NCBI GenBank assembly: GCA_053919585.1
Contig: CM132788.1
Origin: Euprymna scolopes
Taxonomy: Eukaryota
Direction: 5' to 3' (one strand)
Length of the DNA stretch: 64,000 nucleotides
A program made the translations under genes and the position numbers. The notes beneath the pieces are model-generated. The model was not told where the DNA came from and ran no database searches. It saw only the letters and a program-made list of their open reading frames with translations. Shown in pieces: positions 23,916 through 37,271 of this stretch. Within the stretch, counting starts at the first letter, position 1, and each line of letters opens with the position of its first letter.

Positions 23916-26209
23916 CGTCATAAGCAGAATTTTAAGGTTTAAAATTAAAATGAAGGACTTGGCTCCCTTTCATTGGTAATCTATTAGCTCACTTTTCTAT
24001 AAAAAGTGAAAATCTTTTAAAATCAAGATTTGATAATAGTATTGCTTCGTGCATAATTACTGAGAAAAAGATCAAATTTATTCATCTGTTTCTGAGAGTT
24101 GTTGAACCCTCTAAACATTTTATGTTTGATATAAGCTTATATAAATGAGTCTTGCAATAGGAAGCCATTAACTTGCTGACCAAAGTATAATGGTACTGTA
24201 TGAACTGCTTTGCTCTTTACCATAAGGTCTAAAATTGTTAGTGTATAGCCTTTCGATCTTGTACTACATGTAGCCAGTGTCCTATTTATAGGAGAGTCAA
24301 TACTTTACTTTCAAAGTGTATTCTAATCTATTTTCAGTCATTAAGATTTTAAAACCGTAAAAACTTTCGATACTCTGGAACTCAACCCAGTAATTCAAAT
24401 TTGCAATGTAGTTAAAATCCTATGAGTTTTAAAGGAAGGCACTGTTCTCTTAAAATGGTTCGGTTTATGGCATAACCGTCCATTACATCTAACATTACTC
24501 TTGGAAAGGACTCAATTTGTTCACCCCAATCGACTCCTAGCCTTTTAGTAAAAAGGCTGAAAAGAAATAAGGTTGACCTTTACAAGAAACGGATTTAATA
24601 CCATTGGAAATTAAATTTATAGATACTATAGGTGAGCAGCCAAACCAGATACTTAGACATCTATCCAATGCGCCGAAATAGTCTTGCATAAGGAGGTAAC
24701 GCGATGGGATATCGTATAACTGAACATGCAGTCGCCCCCCCTCTACTCCCAACGACAAATATGTGTGAATAGTTCTGTTCTTGTTAATATTAGAACTAAA
24801 TATTAGTAGCGCATGATTTTTAACCCCCAAGGACCTGACAGCTTCCGGTCATAAGAAAAAAACTTACTCCAGCTTTCGAAGGGACTAGACCCTTCTCTGC
24901 TCCTACTAGGTATCTGACGACAGCCACCGGCTGTAACTACCTAGTAAGCAGTGAAGTCCCGAACCTTCTTTTCCTCCGAGTTTAATGCCTTTTTAAATAA
25001 ACCTTTTCCTTGTTAAGTTTAAGTGGTTTGTACGGAAAATTGTTTTTTATTAGGGAGTGCCTTAAACGCACAAATAAATTCTTAAAATACTGACTTATTG
25101 TTTAAAATTTTCAAAATTTAGTTTACGAAATAATGTTGAAAGATGTGACTAACACCTAATAAAATTATTTAATATAAGTTGTCAGTCCATTATTTATGGT
25201 AAGTAGAAGTGATACAAAGGCTATTTTATAAAAGGTAGCTAGCTGTATTAGACAATACATTAGCTAATTTCTTTTGTAAAATATTGAGAAAATTAAAATT
25301 GTTAATGACATTACAGGACTAGAGAATTACACTAAATACACTCAAGTATTTTTGGAGCAAGAATATTAACCTTAGAAAACACTCGTAAGAGGAAATCTTC
25401 CAGCATGGGGTATTACTCCCAGAAAACATTCTGTAGCATTGGCAACGACATCTAGAAGATATGGTTTCTATTAAGAATCCGATTGAATTGAACTTAGATA
25501 CTACAGCATGTGAAAATTGATTGGATCGGACCGTCAAGGTGAAGTAAAGACCAAAGTAGAAAAATGGGTATTACCGTATCGGTTTCCAATTAACATCCCT
25601 CGAAATAGCTGAAAGTTTAGACGTTATAACTAGCACTTTCGTCTTTACGGGCATCATGTCATGACACTAAAACTTCTTGCATGCCATTATATTTTAGAAA
25701 AGTTACCGTAATTTGTGCATGCAGAAAGTAATCAGACTTCATTCTATTAATACTCAGTTTCATCTCGACTCAATTATTCGATTTAAGTAATCCTTATCCT
25801 TGCGCGTTAATAAGCAGTAACAAAGAATCTTTAAGAAAAACTTTGGCAAAACAAAACTGCTTAAGTTCGCATGTGCTCTTCAGCCAAATTAAAGTCCACT
25901 TACGCCAGATGAGTTGCACAAGGAAAGAAACTGTTTGCATTTTAGGCCAAGAAGCTAGTATCTTGATTAGTATGATATCGTAGCACCAGAAGGCAAAATA
26001 GAAAGTGACAAAGTCGAAATGATTTAGGAGTGCATGCTTACAATAAGCTAATATTTCACTACAACGATGAATCATGGGAGATTGTATATTAGGATGAAAG
26101 ACTTAGGAGATATGAAACCTCCCCATAGTTAGGTCAGTATTTAAATAGGAAAATGCTCCCACCAGCGATTAATTTGCTAGTGACGTTAAATTGTTTGGAG
26201 CTATTAAGG

Positions 26210-26600
26210 TTTGGATTACGGTATATCAACCATCTATGGGTAATTTAATGCCGAATAAACCAATTCTGCGTAGGATAATTGTTACATTTCTAGACTAGAT
26301 TGCTCCAAGGCATTGGTAATCTTGGACTACGATTGACCCTTCGCCCATCGTCTTCTAGTATCTATTTGGATAAGGGTTTGATTTTTTTGGGAAGAACTGG
26401 ATTGAATACGGTTGGGGATAATCTCAGATACGAGGGAATGTGACCAATTAATCGAGTGCGGCCTAGCTGAAGTAAAGGCCGAATTCTAAAAATTCGGACA
26501 GGTATCTAGATCACATCTAGAGATATCACGATGCGCCACTCACGGCCTGCAAGTTTCTGTGTATTGCATAGGGTTGTAGTTAAGAGTTCGTTACTAAGGA
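26210..26600. repeat. Copy of the abundant old dispersed repeat
   Basis: Aligns block-wise with 28450-28770 (CGCCACTCAC.GCCT.CA.GTT.CTG...TTGCAT.G..TTGTAGTT..GA.TTCGTT) and with reversed 45180-45430. Confidence 0.65.
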
Positions 26601-27349
26601 CAGGGAGAATTTACTATTTCGTGCATAGAAACAACAAGTTTTTCCTGGGTATCCGATCTATGTCTGCCACTACAGACTGTTCTAAGGGGCATTTTTATGC
26701 ATTAAATGTGCGCATTTAGCGAGGGGTTTCGCGCCATGCTACTTTTCAGCACATTTAACCTAATACATGATGCAATACATAGTTTCCATAAGAAAAGGGG
26801 ATTTGTAGATGGCGAAGTAGTTCAGCAAAAGTACAAGTTCGCCAGTCGTGAAGGGGTTGATTACACTACATAATTCCGAGAATCCGGTCTAAACATGCAG
26901 ATTAAGCCATACAAAGTCTCCGAATGAATGCAATTTTGGGACACATATGATAGACATACGTATGATCCAATATGGCCGAAGTGTCAGGGAACGATCGTTT
27001 GATGGAAATACTGAATGATGATCTATTTTGCCCACTCTAGACAAACGTATTTAGAACCATTGGGTGGGGGGAGGCTTTTCTACAAAAATTCGGCAAGATA
27101 ACTAATAGATACACGGTGAGCATAAACCTAACCATGTTTAAATGCGTCGATCTGTATCAGCATTTCAGGTGATCGACTACAAACTTATTTATCCACAGCA
27201 AGTTTCAACAAGATAGTCTTCTAGGCAAGACCTGATTCTTTCTGAGGATGAAATAGCTCCGTCTTATATACTGGATTGTGGTCTCATTGCTGTTTATATT
27301 CATAACTTCTACATACCTCCTCTCCTTTATTTTTAAATAATTTATTTAA

Positions 27350-27476
27350 AAAAAAATAAATAAATAAATAAAATAAATAAAAATAAATAAATAAATAAAA
27401 ATTAACACATCCGGGGTACTAAAAACTCAACGGACTACTTATTATTATTATTATTATTATTATTATCATTATTATA
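27350..27476. repeat. (AAAT)n and (ATT)n microsatellites
   Basis: Direct reading of the sequence. Confidence 0.9.
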
Positions 27477-28050
27477 TTTATTTATCTTTTTAATTTAAAT
27501 AAATAAATAAATTAATTCTCTCTCTCTCAACTCAGCGATTGGTCAGAACTTTAGCAATTCAAAATAAACCGACTTCCATTAACGGTTATAAATGTAGCTA
27601 GGTTCTAGATATCTCAAATGGTTAGATTTGTTCGAGACGGATATAGGACTATCGGGGGGAAAAAAAACAAAAAAAAACTTACGATTCAACTTTCCTTCTA
27701 TATTCTTAGTATAAGGTGTTTCGATATAACTGTTTGAAGAAAAACTAAGTCGCATCCACCCATTTTTTTTTTTTAAAGGAAAATGAACAATCCATTGTTC
27801 ATTTTCCCGTGACTGTTTTCTAGTTCTCCTCCCCCCAGACGAGCACCACCCCGCTCCTGTATTCATCCTGCCGCTTGAAAAAAAACAAAAAAAAACGAAT
27901 AATCTTCCGTTTTATAAGCTAATCGTGGGTCTTTTAAAAATTACTCTGTAATTCCAAAACTTAAAACTATATCTAAATAGCGAGTGAAAACGCTGGCGAA
28001 GCGTTTTATCTTTATTTGTTACTGAAGGTGTATAATAGACTGTATAGCTC

Positions 28051-28265
28051 TACTGACCAGGTTCGACGTTGCTTAACTTTGAACCGGTGTGTCAACGTGA
28101 ATCTTGTCAGTACTAAATGGGTGACCATTTGAGACTACCAGGTGCTTTCGCTTATCCCTGCACTGTTTCCAGTCGTCCTGGACTATTCCGATTCAGGAGG
28201 GGTGTGGTTGGAGATTGCGCAACCCTTGCCTCGCATTACATGCGCAGCTGCCCTTACAGGGGTAT
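28051..28265 (+). mobile_element. 5S rRNA-derived SINE with inverted 5' half
   Basis: 28051-28101 is antisense to the 5S 5' half. From 28106 the sense strand reads GTCAGTACTAAATGGGTGACC...TACCAGGTG, followed by a non-5S body shared with 37061-37200. Confidence 0.8.
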
Positions 28266-30565
28266 ATATTCTTTCGAGATTGAATAGGCATTGATAGCAA
28301 TAAAGATGTAGAAACCAAGAAATTGGTCTCTATAATTTCTATTATAGCGAAATGAAATTCTGGTTTGTGCACATTTTTTGTATGGAATTTGAAAGTAACC
28401 GCCCCCCTCTTTCCTAGACTTAAAATTTACCCTCCTCTAACTACATGACCCTTCTGTTATTTAATACCGAATAAAATTGTCAATTCTATTGGAAAATTGT
28501 TGCTAATTTCCACACTTAGCACTAGTGACCTAGGAACACGACTAGTCCTCGATTACTGCCTTCTAGTATCTATGGATTAATTAAATTTAATACTGCTGTG
28601 ATAAACTAGATATGAGGGCATGACGTGATCAATCAGTTGATTGGATCGTTCCTATCTAACCGAAGAGCCGAATTTACTACTTGAATCCCGTCCCAAGATA
28701 TAAGCCGCCACTCACTGCCTACATGTTCCTGTTTTCGTTGCATGGATTGTAGTTGCGAATTCGTTCACCCACTCGTAGTGAAACTTAAAAGCTTTGTTAG
28801 TAATACAGTGCTTGCATATACCCCCCCCCTTCCCCCCAGCGTCGGATTGGACCGTGAAAATTTAGAATTAAACTGGAACGCAGTTTAATATGAACATTTG
28901 AGTTGATGACTATTGAAATGTCAGGGGAAAACTAGTTTTAGGTAAACCTTAAACTATCATCTGAACGGATTCCATCCACTTGAATGACTGGTTCTTACTA
29001 GAACCAATCTCTTGGCGGGTTTTTTTCTAAAGATCCGTAGGATTTTCCCTTCAAGAGATTAGGTGGATATAGTTTGAATACGTCTATTACTATATCGGAG
29101 CACCTACTTAGTCTCATTTTTAACCGGATCAATGGAAGACGACTATTCAAGATTATGTACATAACGTCTACGTATTGGAACTCTGAATTAACAGGATACT
29201 AAACTCTGCAGATTCTGATCCGCCTTTCATCTTTCGACTTAGCAGTTGGTCGGTACTTAAGCAATTAGAAAAAATCCGTGTGGCGTTGACGATTATAAAG
29301 TTTAGTTCTAAAGTACGTGAAGGAAGTTTTAGTTAAATCGTTTGAAAGACTTGTATATGATTGAACTAATTTTCTGTAATACTTTTACTATGATTTTTCA
29401 GTTACCATTAAAGTGAAACGGTAAACTGCCTTAAACTGATTTCCGACCGGACATCAAAATAGTTGTCCCCTCCCCTTTAAGGGTTGATTGAAATCAAAAT
29501 TTAGAACCAGATTACTGAAAACATTAAAACAGCCGGCTTGGTTCACTTCGCTCTAAGCCCATCTACTCCATAATAGCCGTAATTTATCTAATAACGTTTG
29601 AATAAATTGGGCCTGTTTTGTAGTTCCGGATAAGATTGACGTCAAACAGTCTGACAACCATCAGATTCATCCCTCTACTCGAAATCAATTTGAACAGGAT
29701 TCTTTTCTATAAAACGACGGGTCTTTAACCTGATTGTACGTAGTAAGTATAACGTACTTCTATAATACTCTATATAGAAGTACGAACACTGACGAAACGC
29801 TTCCCGTTTATTTACTAGGTGTATACTAGTTGCATAACTTTAGTCTGGGAAATCTTATGTTGCCTTCATGCAGAATGTATGAATACATAAGTTCCAAATT
29901 CGGTATCTAATATTATAGATGGAAATGTTTATCGTGCATAGTGTAAGAATCTCTTAATAGTTTTAAAAATACTTTACTCTCGGCTAAAGATTTCCATTCT
30001 AGTTCGCGTTTTTTTTTTTTTTTTTTACTTAAATGCCAAACGAATGTCTTTTGGACATATTCGAAAAGAGCTAAAGTTCCGTCAGTGCTGCTATAGAACT
30101 TTGAACTTCTAAAACCTACCGCCATTATTGCGTTAAACCGAGAATTGAATCCTTTTAAGTTCATAAAATTATTTGCGAGTCTTTAAGAATCCCACCCCAT
30201 GAAAATACGCTATAACAATGTCTAAAATTGAGGTATTGCCTAGAGTAAGAAGTTCAAGATTCTGCATTTGTACGGCAAAAAAATGAGCATCTTAAATACA
30301 TGGACTAACTTGGCGTATGTCTTAAAGTAGGTCGATAACCTGTGCGCGTACTGCACCCTGGCTGGCGGCTCGATTTTCGTGCATAATTCCTTTTTTCCAT
30401 CACTGGTGGGCGCTCCCAGAAAAGGTCCGTATTTCACACCTTTTCTGAATTAATTTCTGTAAAATTAGTCATGTTTTAAATGTTATATACCGATATAAAT
30501 CGAAGGCGTTCGTGTTTCGTCCAGAACAATTCTAAAATTGGTTACGATTACTCGCATTTTTACTT

Positions 30566-30637
30566 ATCGAAGTAAAACTACGTTGAACCTGATCAGTACT
30601 TGAATGGGTCGCATTGAAATGCCAGGTGATTCGCATA
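30566..30637 (+). mobile_element. 5S-derived SINE head fragment
   Basis: ATCGAAGTAAAACTACGTTGAACCTGATCAGTACTTGAATGGGT...CCAGGTG (5S A-box, IE and C-box region). Confidence 0.6.
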
Positions 30638-31159
30638 AAGATAATTTGCCTTGTCTTTCTGCCTCCATTAGTTAGTAAAGCTGCATACCATTCCGCTATG
30701 CGTTCCACAGTAGCGTTTATTCTGCATAACTGGAGAAACTAACGAAATACCTTTTGCTGTTACATGCCAAATTTTTACTTCAAATAGCAGCATTAAGTGG
30801 CAGTCCTTGGGAGCTTTCTAATTTACAAAAGGGGTCAATCGGTTATTTTATGCGTAGAAAGCTGATAGAAGGATTTTTAGATTAAAAAATAGCTTGGGTA
30901 GGTTTCAACTAGAAAATTTCACTTTCGAAATGAATAGTCAAGTTGCAGGAAAATTTGAGAATGGGATACAAATCTGACCAACTTTAAGTTGGAATGTTCA
31001 AAAAAATTTTTTTTTCAATTAAGTGGAATCTTAAGATTCTACTTAATTCGGCATCAAATAATCCATAGATCGTTGACATGCTGTAAGCTAAACCAGACCT
31101 TGTTAGTGAGGCAAATTCACCGACTACTTTTATACAGGTTCGACTAGTTACAACTATTT

Positions 31160-31375
31160 TTCCCCCGGTCTGTCTAAATCTAAACGTAGATTTCATGAAC
31201 GGTTTTTCTCAGAATTGCCCGCCTTTTTGGAACACTGTTCCTCTGGCCTGCTTCCCGGTTGAATGCAATATGGTAGCCTTCAAATCAATGTAAATTTCTT
31301 CTTGAATACTACGCTATCCCCTTACATGGATTAACTCTTATCCTCGAGTGGCCTTCGGACCTTGATAAGTGGTGA
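31160..31375 (+). mobile_element. 3' end of a CR1/L2-group LINE
   Basis: SKSKRRFHE...WNTVPLACFPVECNMVAFKS (WNxLP...FKS C-terminal motif), then tail GTGGCCTTCGGACCTTGATAAGTG; same family as 33945-34170 and 47265-47830. Confidence 0.7.
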
Positions 31376-32530
31376 AGTAGAAAGCAAACTCTCTGCTCGA
31401 CAGACTCAACTGTAGACCGTGGATAGCAACTCGTGATGTCTAAGACACTTTTTGACTGAGTTCATAGTCTGACGCGCAACATCACTTCGGTCATTATTGT
31501 GATTAAAGGGGAGTTTGGAGATGGGCATTCCATTAATCAGCTGGTCACGTCATGAGCTAGTATCAAATTACCCCCCCCCCGCCAATAAAATCTTTATCCC
31601 CCTTTTTTTCACATACTTACTAGAATGTAATTGAGTTCATAGTGTTGAACAAATTATTTCGACATTAAATAACTCTTAGCTGATACCTTCCAAAACATTT
31701 TCTGTAAGTATTAAAATACTCGTGCCTATTTCAAATTCGCATTTATATAAGTTATCGTTATTGCTTCGCTAAGTCCTACTTGAAATATTTTTAATATTAA
31801 TTTAAATACTTAATGAATTTGTATACATAAAACAATTTCTAGTTCATGGATAAATCTTAAATTTGTATCGAAATGACTAAAATGTTACTTGTAACTGAAC
31901 AGAAAATAGTCTTTTCACATCTAACTTGTAAATAGAACGCAATTTGTTAAATTCGGCACCTTTATAGAAAGGAACATTTTTAAATGAAATTGCTAATTTG
32001 TCCCGGAAATAAAACCATATTGCGAAACGGACTATTATAAAAAAACTGGCAGTCATTGAAATATCCTTCCCCCCCCCCCCAACTCATATGCCCGCGCTGA
32101 CCTTGCGACAATGTTGTGTATATATAATCAGTATATAAAAATGCGCCTTTGTACGACGTTGAATTAACTTGAAATATAGACTTTTTGGCATCGTCGTTAG
32201 AGCAACTTTTGCATTTAATTTTTAAGTATAGAATTTGGAGATTTTTCTTAAAAGTCGACCCATTTAACAATATTAAGCAAAGCTATACGGAGGGATTTTT
32301 GTAAGAACTCTACATAAAAGGAACTGAGATCGTTTCTATGTACTTCATGTATCTGGCAGTGTTTAGATAGGTTTTGTATCAGAATGTCTTCAATAAGTAT
32401 CCAATATCGAGAAATGCGATAAAGGGAACAGGCGATTTTAATCAGTTAATCCCTTTTGCAGCCCAACACCAAGTGCATTTGAAGTTTTATTACCACACAA
32501 GCAAGACCAGGCATATAAAAGATTCTTTGA

Positions 32531-32760
32531 TATGATAGGGGCGCGTTCGAAATGAGTGTTAAGAGCAATTGAACCATGTTACTTGACTTTAAAATAGTTT
32601 AATTAAACCCATTTGATTAAAAATCAACAGTAGGCTCTCTACAGTGCAATGTAGACTACAATGTCTGGAGTGCCACTGCAGAGAAGCATGTTCAGCTTCG
32701 CTCGATGGGTCTCCAACGAGAGCTTTGCCTGAAAAAACAATTTAACTGATTTTCGATGAC
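32531..32760 (-). mobile_element. Mariner-like remnant (3' TIR and transposase end)
   Basis: TA..AGGGGCGCGTTCGAAA resembles a mariner TIR; the minus strand gives YIAL*RAYC*, similar to the CIALxGDYVE* terminus. Confidence 0.4.
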
Positions 32761-33944
32761 ACATTCGTTGATCATTCAATCAGACAACGTTGAGTCTCTC
32801 TGCAAGTTTCTTTATTTCAGTTTAAGCATAGAATTTAATTTATGAAGGGAAGAGTTTTTTTTTTTTTTTTTTTTTTTTAAACATCCGAACGATTTCACTC
32901 ATAACCGAAGCTATATCCAGAAATTATTGTGAGATAAACTTTAAAATGCGTTATTGCATATTTATAGTATAACATGTCATCGTGAATTATACTATCGCTT
33001 TCCCGGGGGAGGATTACTTGGTTGAGGAACACCCTGGGAACGCAACCAGCCTCCCGGGAGAATAAACGATATTTAACGCTAGGCACATGTTGGAAACCTC
33101 AAAAACGGGTCGATATGTCGCCGGCTATGACTGGCTGGCATAGGTCGCTTCTTTGTGTCGTTATAGGCATCTTCCCACCGTCGGCATTAATGGCATGCTG
33201 AAATCGAACGCTTGTTCAAAAATAGCGAACAAATGCATTTTTATAAATATATAGTTTAAGATTTAACAATGAGCAGCATATTTTTTTAAAGACCAGTTGT
33301 AACCAGACGCATGCTATGTCGTATCCGCCGACCCCAGAATGCAAGCGTCAACTGTTTAAAACGATGAAATTATAATTCTTTCATTGAACGAGAAAAGGGG
33401 AGTGGAAGGGGGCATAAAGATTCATACAGTTTAAACATTGTTTTGTTTTCGAATGCCTCGTTGACGAGTTCTCCGGGTTTGGCTTTTCACATGGCTTATA
33501 TCGTTTTGCCTTTGTTCAATATTATAAACTGTTAATCTTGGCTTGAGTCATGTAACATTTTCAAATTACAAGCACCTGCTTAACACATCTGCACTTCACA
33601 TGTACAGACCAAGTTAGGCACAAGGTTTAATGTAGAAGGCCCCAGCTCCCTCAAAAGGGGCTACGTCATTGTGCCACAGAATGATCTAATCCTAATAGAA
33701 ATTCTGTGTAAAAAGGATCGGTTGAAACTTCAGCATGATTCCAGATGGAAAAGGAGTCGATGCTGAAATTCGTTGCGCATGACTGGTTTGTAAGCAAATG
33801 TCCTGTTAGAGAACCTGTATTTATAACGTCTGCTCTATCGTTATCATGGTAGGTGCCCGTCTGAGCTTCAATCTAGACCCCCCCATACAAAATTTTCAAA
33901 AGCACTCGCCTAGCAACAACTTTCAACAATTTTTCTCGATCTAT

Positions 33945-34170
33945 ATCTGTACCTAAATCTAAACGAATGTTCCGTGAACAGTTTTTAGAACTGCCCGACG
34001 TTAGAACTGTTCCACTAGCCTCCCTTCCGGCTTATTACAGTATGGTCGTCTTCAAGTTAATGTAAAATTCTTGAGCCGTCTCTTAACTAGTCAACTTTTA
34101 CCCAATTTCCATCACTGTGCACGCACTAATACTTATTTTCAAGTGGCCTTCGGGCCTTGATAAGTGACTC
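33945..34170 (+). mobile_element. 3' end of the same CR1/L2-group LINE
   Basis: TGTACCTAAATCTAAACG...ATGGTCGTCTTCAAG...GTGGCCTTCGGGCCTTGATAAGTG. Confidence 0.7.
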
Positions 34171-34989
34171 CCTTGTAAACATTTCCAATAGGTATGTGAA
34201 CTCTATTGTTCAATCTGAACGTAGTCCTTATTGAAATTACAGTTAAAATAAGTCGCATTATTTCGAGGATGACATTAAATGTTTTGTACAGAACACAAAC
34301 GTAGACTTTAATTGAAACTGATTTGTTTAGCGAATTTAGCCATGGCAAAGTAATCAATTTATTTAGCTACCATATTGATGTTTGAAAAATTAATGATTCA
34401 TCCTTTTGATGGCTGACGTAAGCACACCAAAGAGGTGTTTATTATTGGGCAAAATGTTCGTAAGTTCTAATTTTGATTAAATCCTAAGGGCTCGATGTGT
34501 TAAGGTTCAACTTAAGGTTTCATTTCAAGATAAAATGAACCCCCCCCTACAAACATAGGTTTACGGTAGATTGTAAGGTGACTCAATGGGGTTTTTATCA
34601 ATATATTGAAAACTAAAATGGAATTGCGAGTTCCTGCATAAGTGTATTTTAGTGTGGGATGTATGCTGTTGAGGGATCATTGAAGAGGAAATGTCATCTC
34701 AAAAGTAGACTAAAGGTTTTATGGGTCCAGATAGTTGCTTCTGATAAATCTACAAAAATGCTTTCAGGGATGAAAGGGGATAACTACGATATAAAATCAG
34801 CACTTATGATCGCAGAATAGGGACAAAAGTGAATGGGGTTTCTAATTGCATAGCAGCACAAACTAGCAAAATAAAATGAATATTTTAAGCAGTGTTTACT
34901 GTAGGTTTGAAAATCGTTCCAGACAAGGCATGAAGACACTTGAGGTATGAAAGTTAGTACTTGAAGGTCAAAAACTAGCCAGTAAGTGT

Positions 34990-35200
34990 TATATGAATAA
35001 TTTCCGACCGAGAAAACAGTAATTTCCCTTTGCCAGAAACATTTCGAATGGAATATGAGAACTAAAGGAACAAATCGGAAGAGCTACAAGGCTGCCGAAA
35101 GTGAACCCAAAATCTTTCTACTCTAGTGTTTCAATACTGTAAGATATTAAAGATAGAGGACATTTTGCAACCCTATGTTGTGATGACTCTAGAGATTGGG
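34990..35200 (+). pseudogene. Possible CR1-type ORF2 linker remnant
   Basis: KEQIGRA...KVNPKSFYS resembles the KxNPKxFxxY motif; very decayed. Confidence 0.35.
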
Positions 35201-35578
35201 GCTTTAATGAGATGCGGTTTGTGAAGACGTATAAACGTGGATGGATTAAGCCATGGATGGATTAACGTTTTTAAGCCACTTAATCAGTTTCTGGAATTTA
35301 CTTTCTAAGGAAGCTGATGCATCATGGGTGCCAACAAAATTGTCCAATATCGTTAACGTAATCTTTAATTCAGTAAGACAACACCTGGTTTGATTAGATT
35401 ATTTTAGCAGCAAAATGTTATTTTCACCGTTTTTAAACACTGAATGGGCGTCTTTCTTGTCCATTCCTCTATTTTTTGGAAACAACTGACCAATCTAGCT
35501 TTAATTTTGTATGTACCTTTAATGCAAATTATACATTAATTAGGGTCAAATATTTGTATTAATGCAAAAATGAGCAAA

Positions 35579-36215
35579 TGTAACCATATTTGTTCGAACA
35601 TGTTTTTCCTCGATATATACATACCCACATGTACACCCGCACATACACATCCTCATACATACTCACATTCATGTGCATACACACGCTAACGTACACACAT
35701 GTACGCGCACATGGGAAACGTCACTTGCCCTGAAAGGAATTCTAGACATGCGCAGTCAGAACACTCATCCCGATATAAAAGTCAACAACACTATTCAACT
35801 TGCCTCTTTCTTCCCTTTTTGCCTGGGTTCGTCAACCAGGCAAGTTCGCCGTCCATAGCTTCAAGACTTTTCCACGTGGATGACTGCTATCATGAACGCA
35901 CGGTTTTGCTGAGGCCAACACTCCCTTTCTATTTCCTTTTCTACATGCGGGACGGCCATTTCTCGTCCGCTACTTCATTCCTTTTCCACGCGTGTAGCCG
36001 TCGACGACTGAATGAACACTTGTTCCACCTTAAACCTTTTATTTTCGAAAGAAAATAAACATGTTTATTTTATCCAGCAATTGAGTTTTTGTTTCCTTCA
36101 TTCCATTCGTTTCATTATATTCTTTTGTAGCGAGTTAGGATATTTATACCCTAGTCCTCTACATATTCAACCATCAATTTTGCACAAAGCACTTATTCTG
36201 AGTTAACCGGTTATA
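35579..36215 (+). mobile_element. Probable solo LTR
   Basis: Starts TGTAACC and ends GGTTATA (one mismatch from the inverted end); CA-rich tract, TATAAAA at ~35774, AATAAA at ~36054. No TSD seen. Confidence 0.45.
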
Positions 36216-37060
36216 ACTTTTGCTAGTTTTTAATGGACATGTCATAAGATTTGGTCCGAAGATTGGCCAATATGGGCATATAGATGTCCGACCTGTTTAG
36301 TTTTCATGTTCCGTTATAACATTCTGGTTCTTTAAAACTGTTTTTAGCAGCAAAAATGTTTTTTCATTCCTCAGATTTTATAAACACCTTTTTATACTTT
36401 GTCTGCCAACGCCTCGTCCACTGACTTAATCCTTCCACCGAAATGTGTCTATTACGACAACGCCTCCACATTTCCTTGTCTATATAATACCGTTACCAAA
36501 TTTGAATTTGTAAATACTTTCTATTCAATGAAAACGTAATGTTAAACTTTAAAAATAAGTTCCACACAAGTTAATGACTGAAAATGTTAATTTCCACAAT
36601 GCCCAGACCATTTTAGTGATTAAAATGGTTCAGTGTCCAGTTAAATAAGATTATGAACTGAAAGGCTGTTATGTCGTATATAAATATCTTTTAAAGAATA
36701 ACCCTTTTAAAATGTCTTTAAATTTTGAATTAAGAATCCAATTTTATTCGGCATTAAATTTATTAAAAAGGTTAATATGCCATAAAGCAAACATGAGAAC
36801 TGGTTGGGATAAACACGAATTTTTTGTACTGTTTTTGAAAGTCTTTTCATGTAAGGCATGTAAAAAGAAATATACCCTTTCACCCTTACAAAAGAGAACA
36901 AGAGCAATTCGTCTCCTTTTGTAAAAAATATCGCTCAGAATGTAAGAACTACGGAATAAAATACAAGCCTGTGTTTACAAGACTGTCAAAAATAAACCCA
37001 AGGTTCATTTTCTACTCTTCATATTGGTTGGTGAAAGTCTCCGTTCAGTTTCAAGACAAT

Positions 37061-37271
37061 GGATACCCTGCATAAGCAAATCTATACGTGTAATTAGGCA
37101 AGGGTTGCATAATCTCCAACCACGCCTCTCCTGAACTGGCACTCCTCGCGTCTGGAAAGGAGTGGTCCAGGATCACTGGAAACCTTGCCGAGATAAGCGG
37201 AAAGCACATACAGCGCATGGAATTCCCAAATGGTCACTCATTTTAGTGCTGACCAGGCTCAACGTTGCTTA
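37061..37271 (-). mobile_element. 5S-derived SINE, 5'-truncated, with body
   Basis: Minus strand TAAGCAACGTTGAGCCTGGTCAGCACTAAAATGAGTGACCATTTGGGAATTCCATGCGCTGTATG, then body ...TTCAGGAGAGGCGTGGTTGGAGATTATGCAACCCTTGCCT as in the 28.2 kb copy. Confidence 0.8.

Noticed and set aside
26610-26860. piggyBac-like end (GAAGGGG-TTGA)
   Set aside because: The TTAA is imperfect, and no matching opposite TIR or transposase was found.
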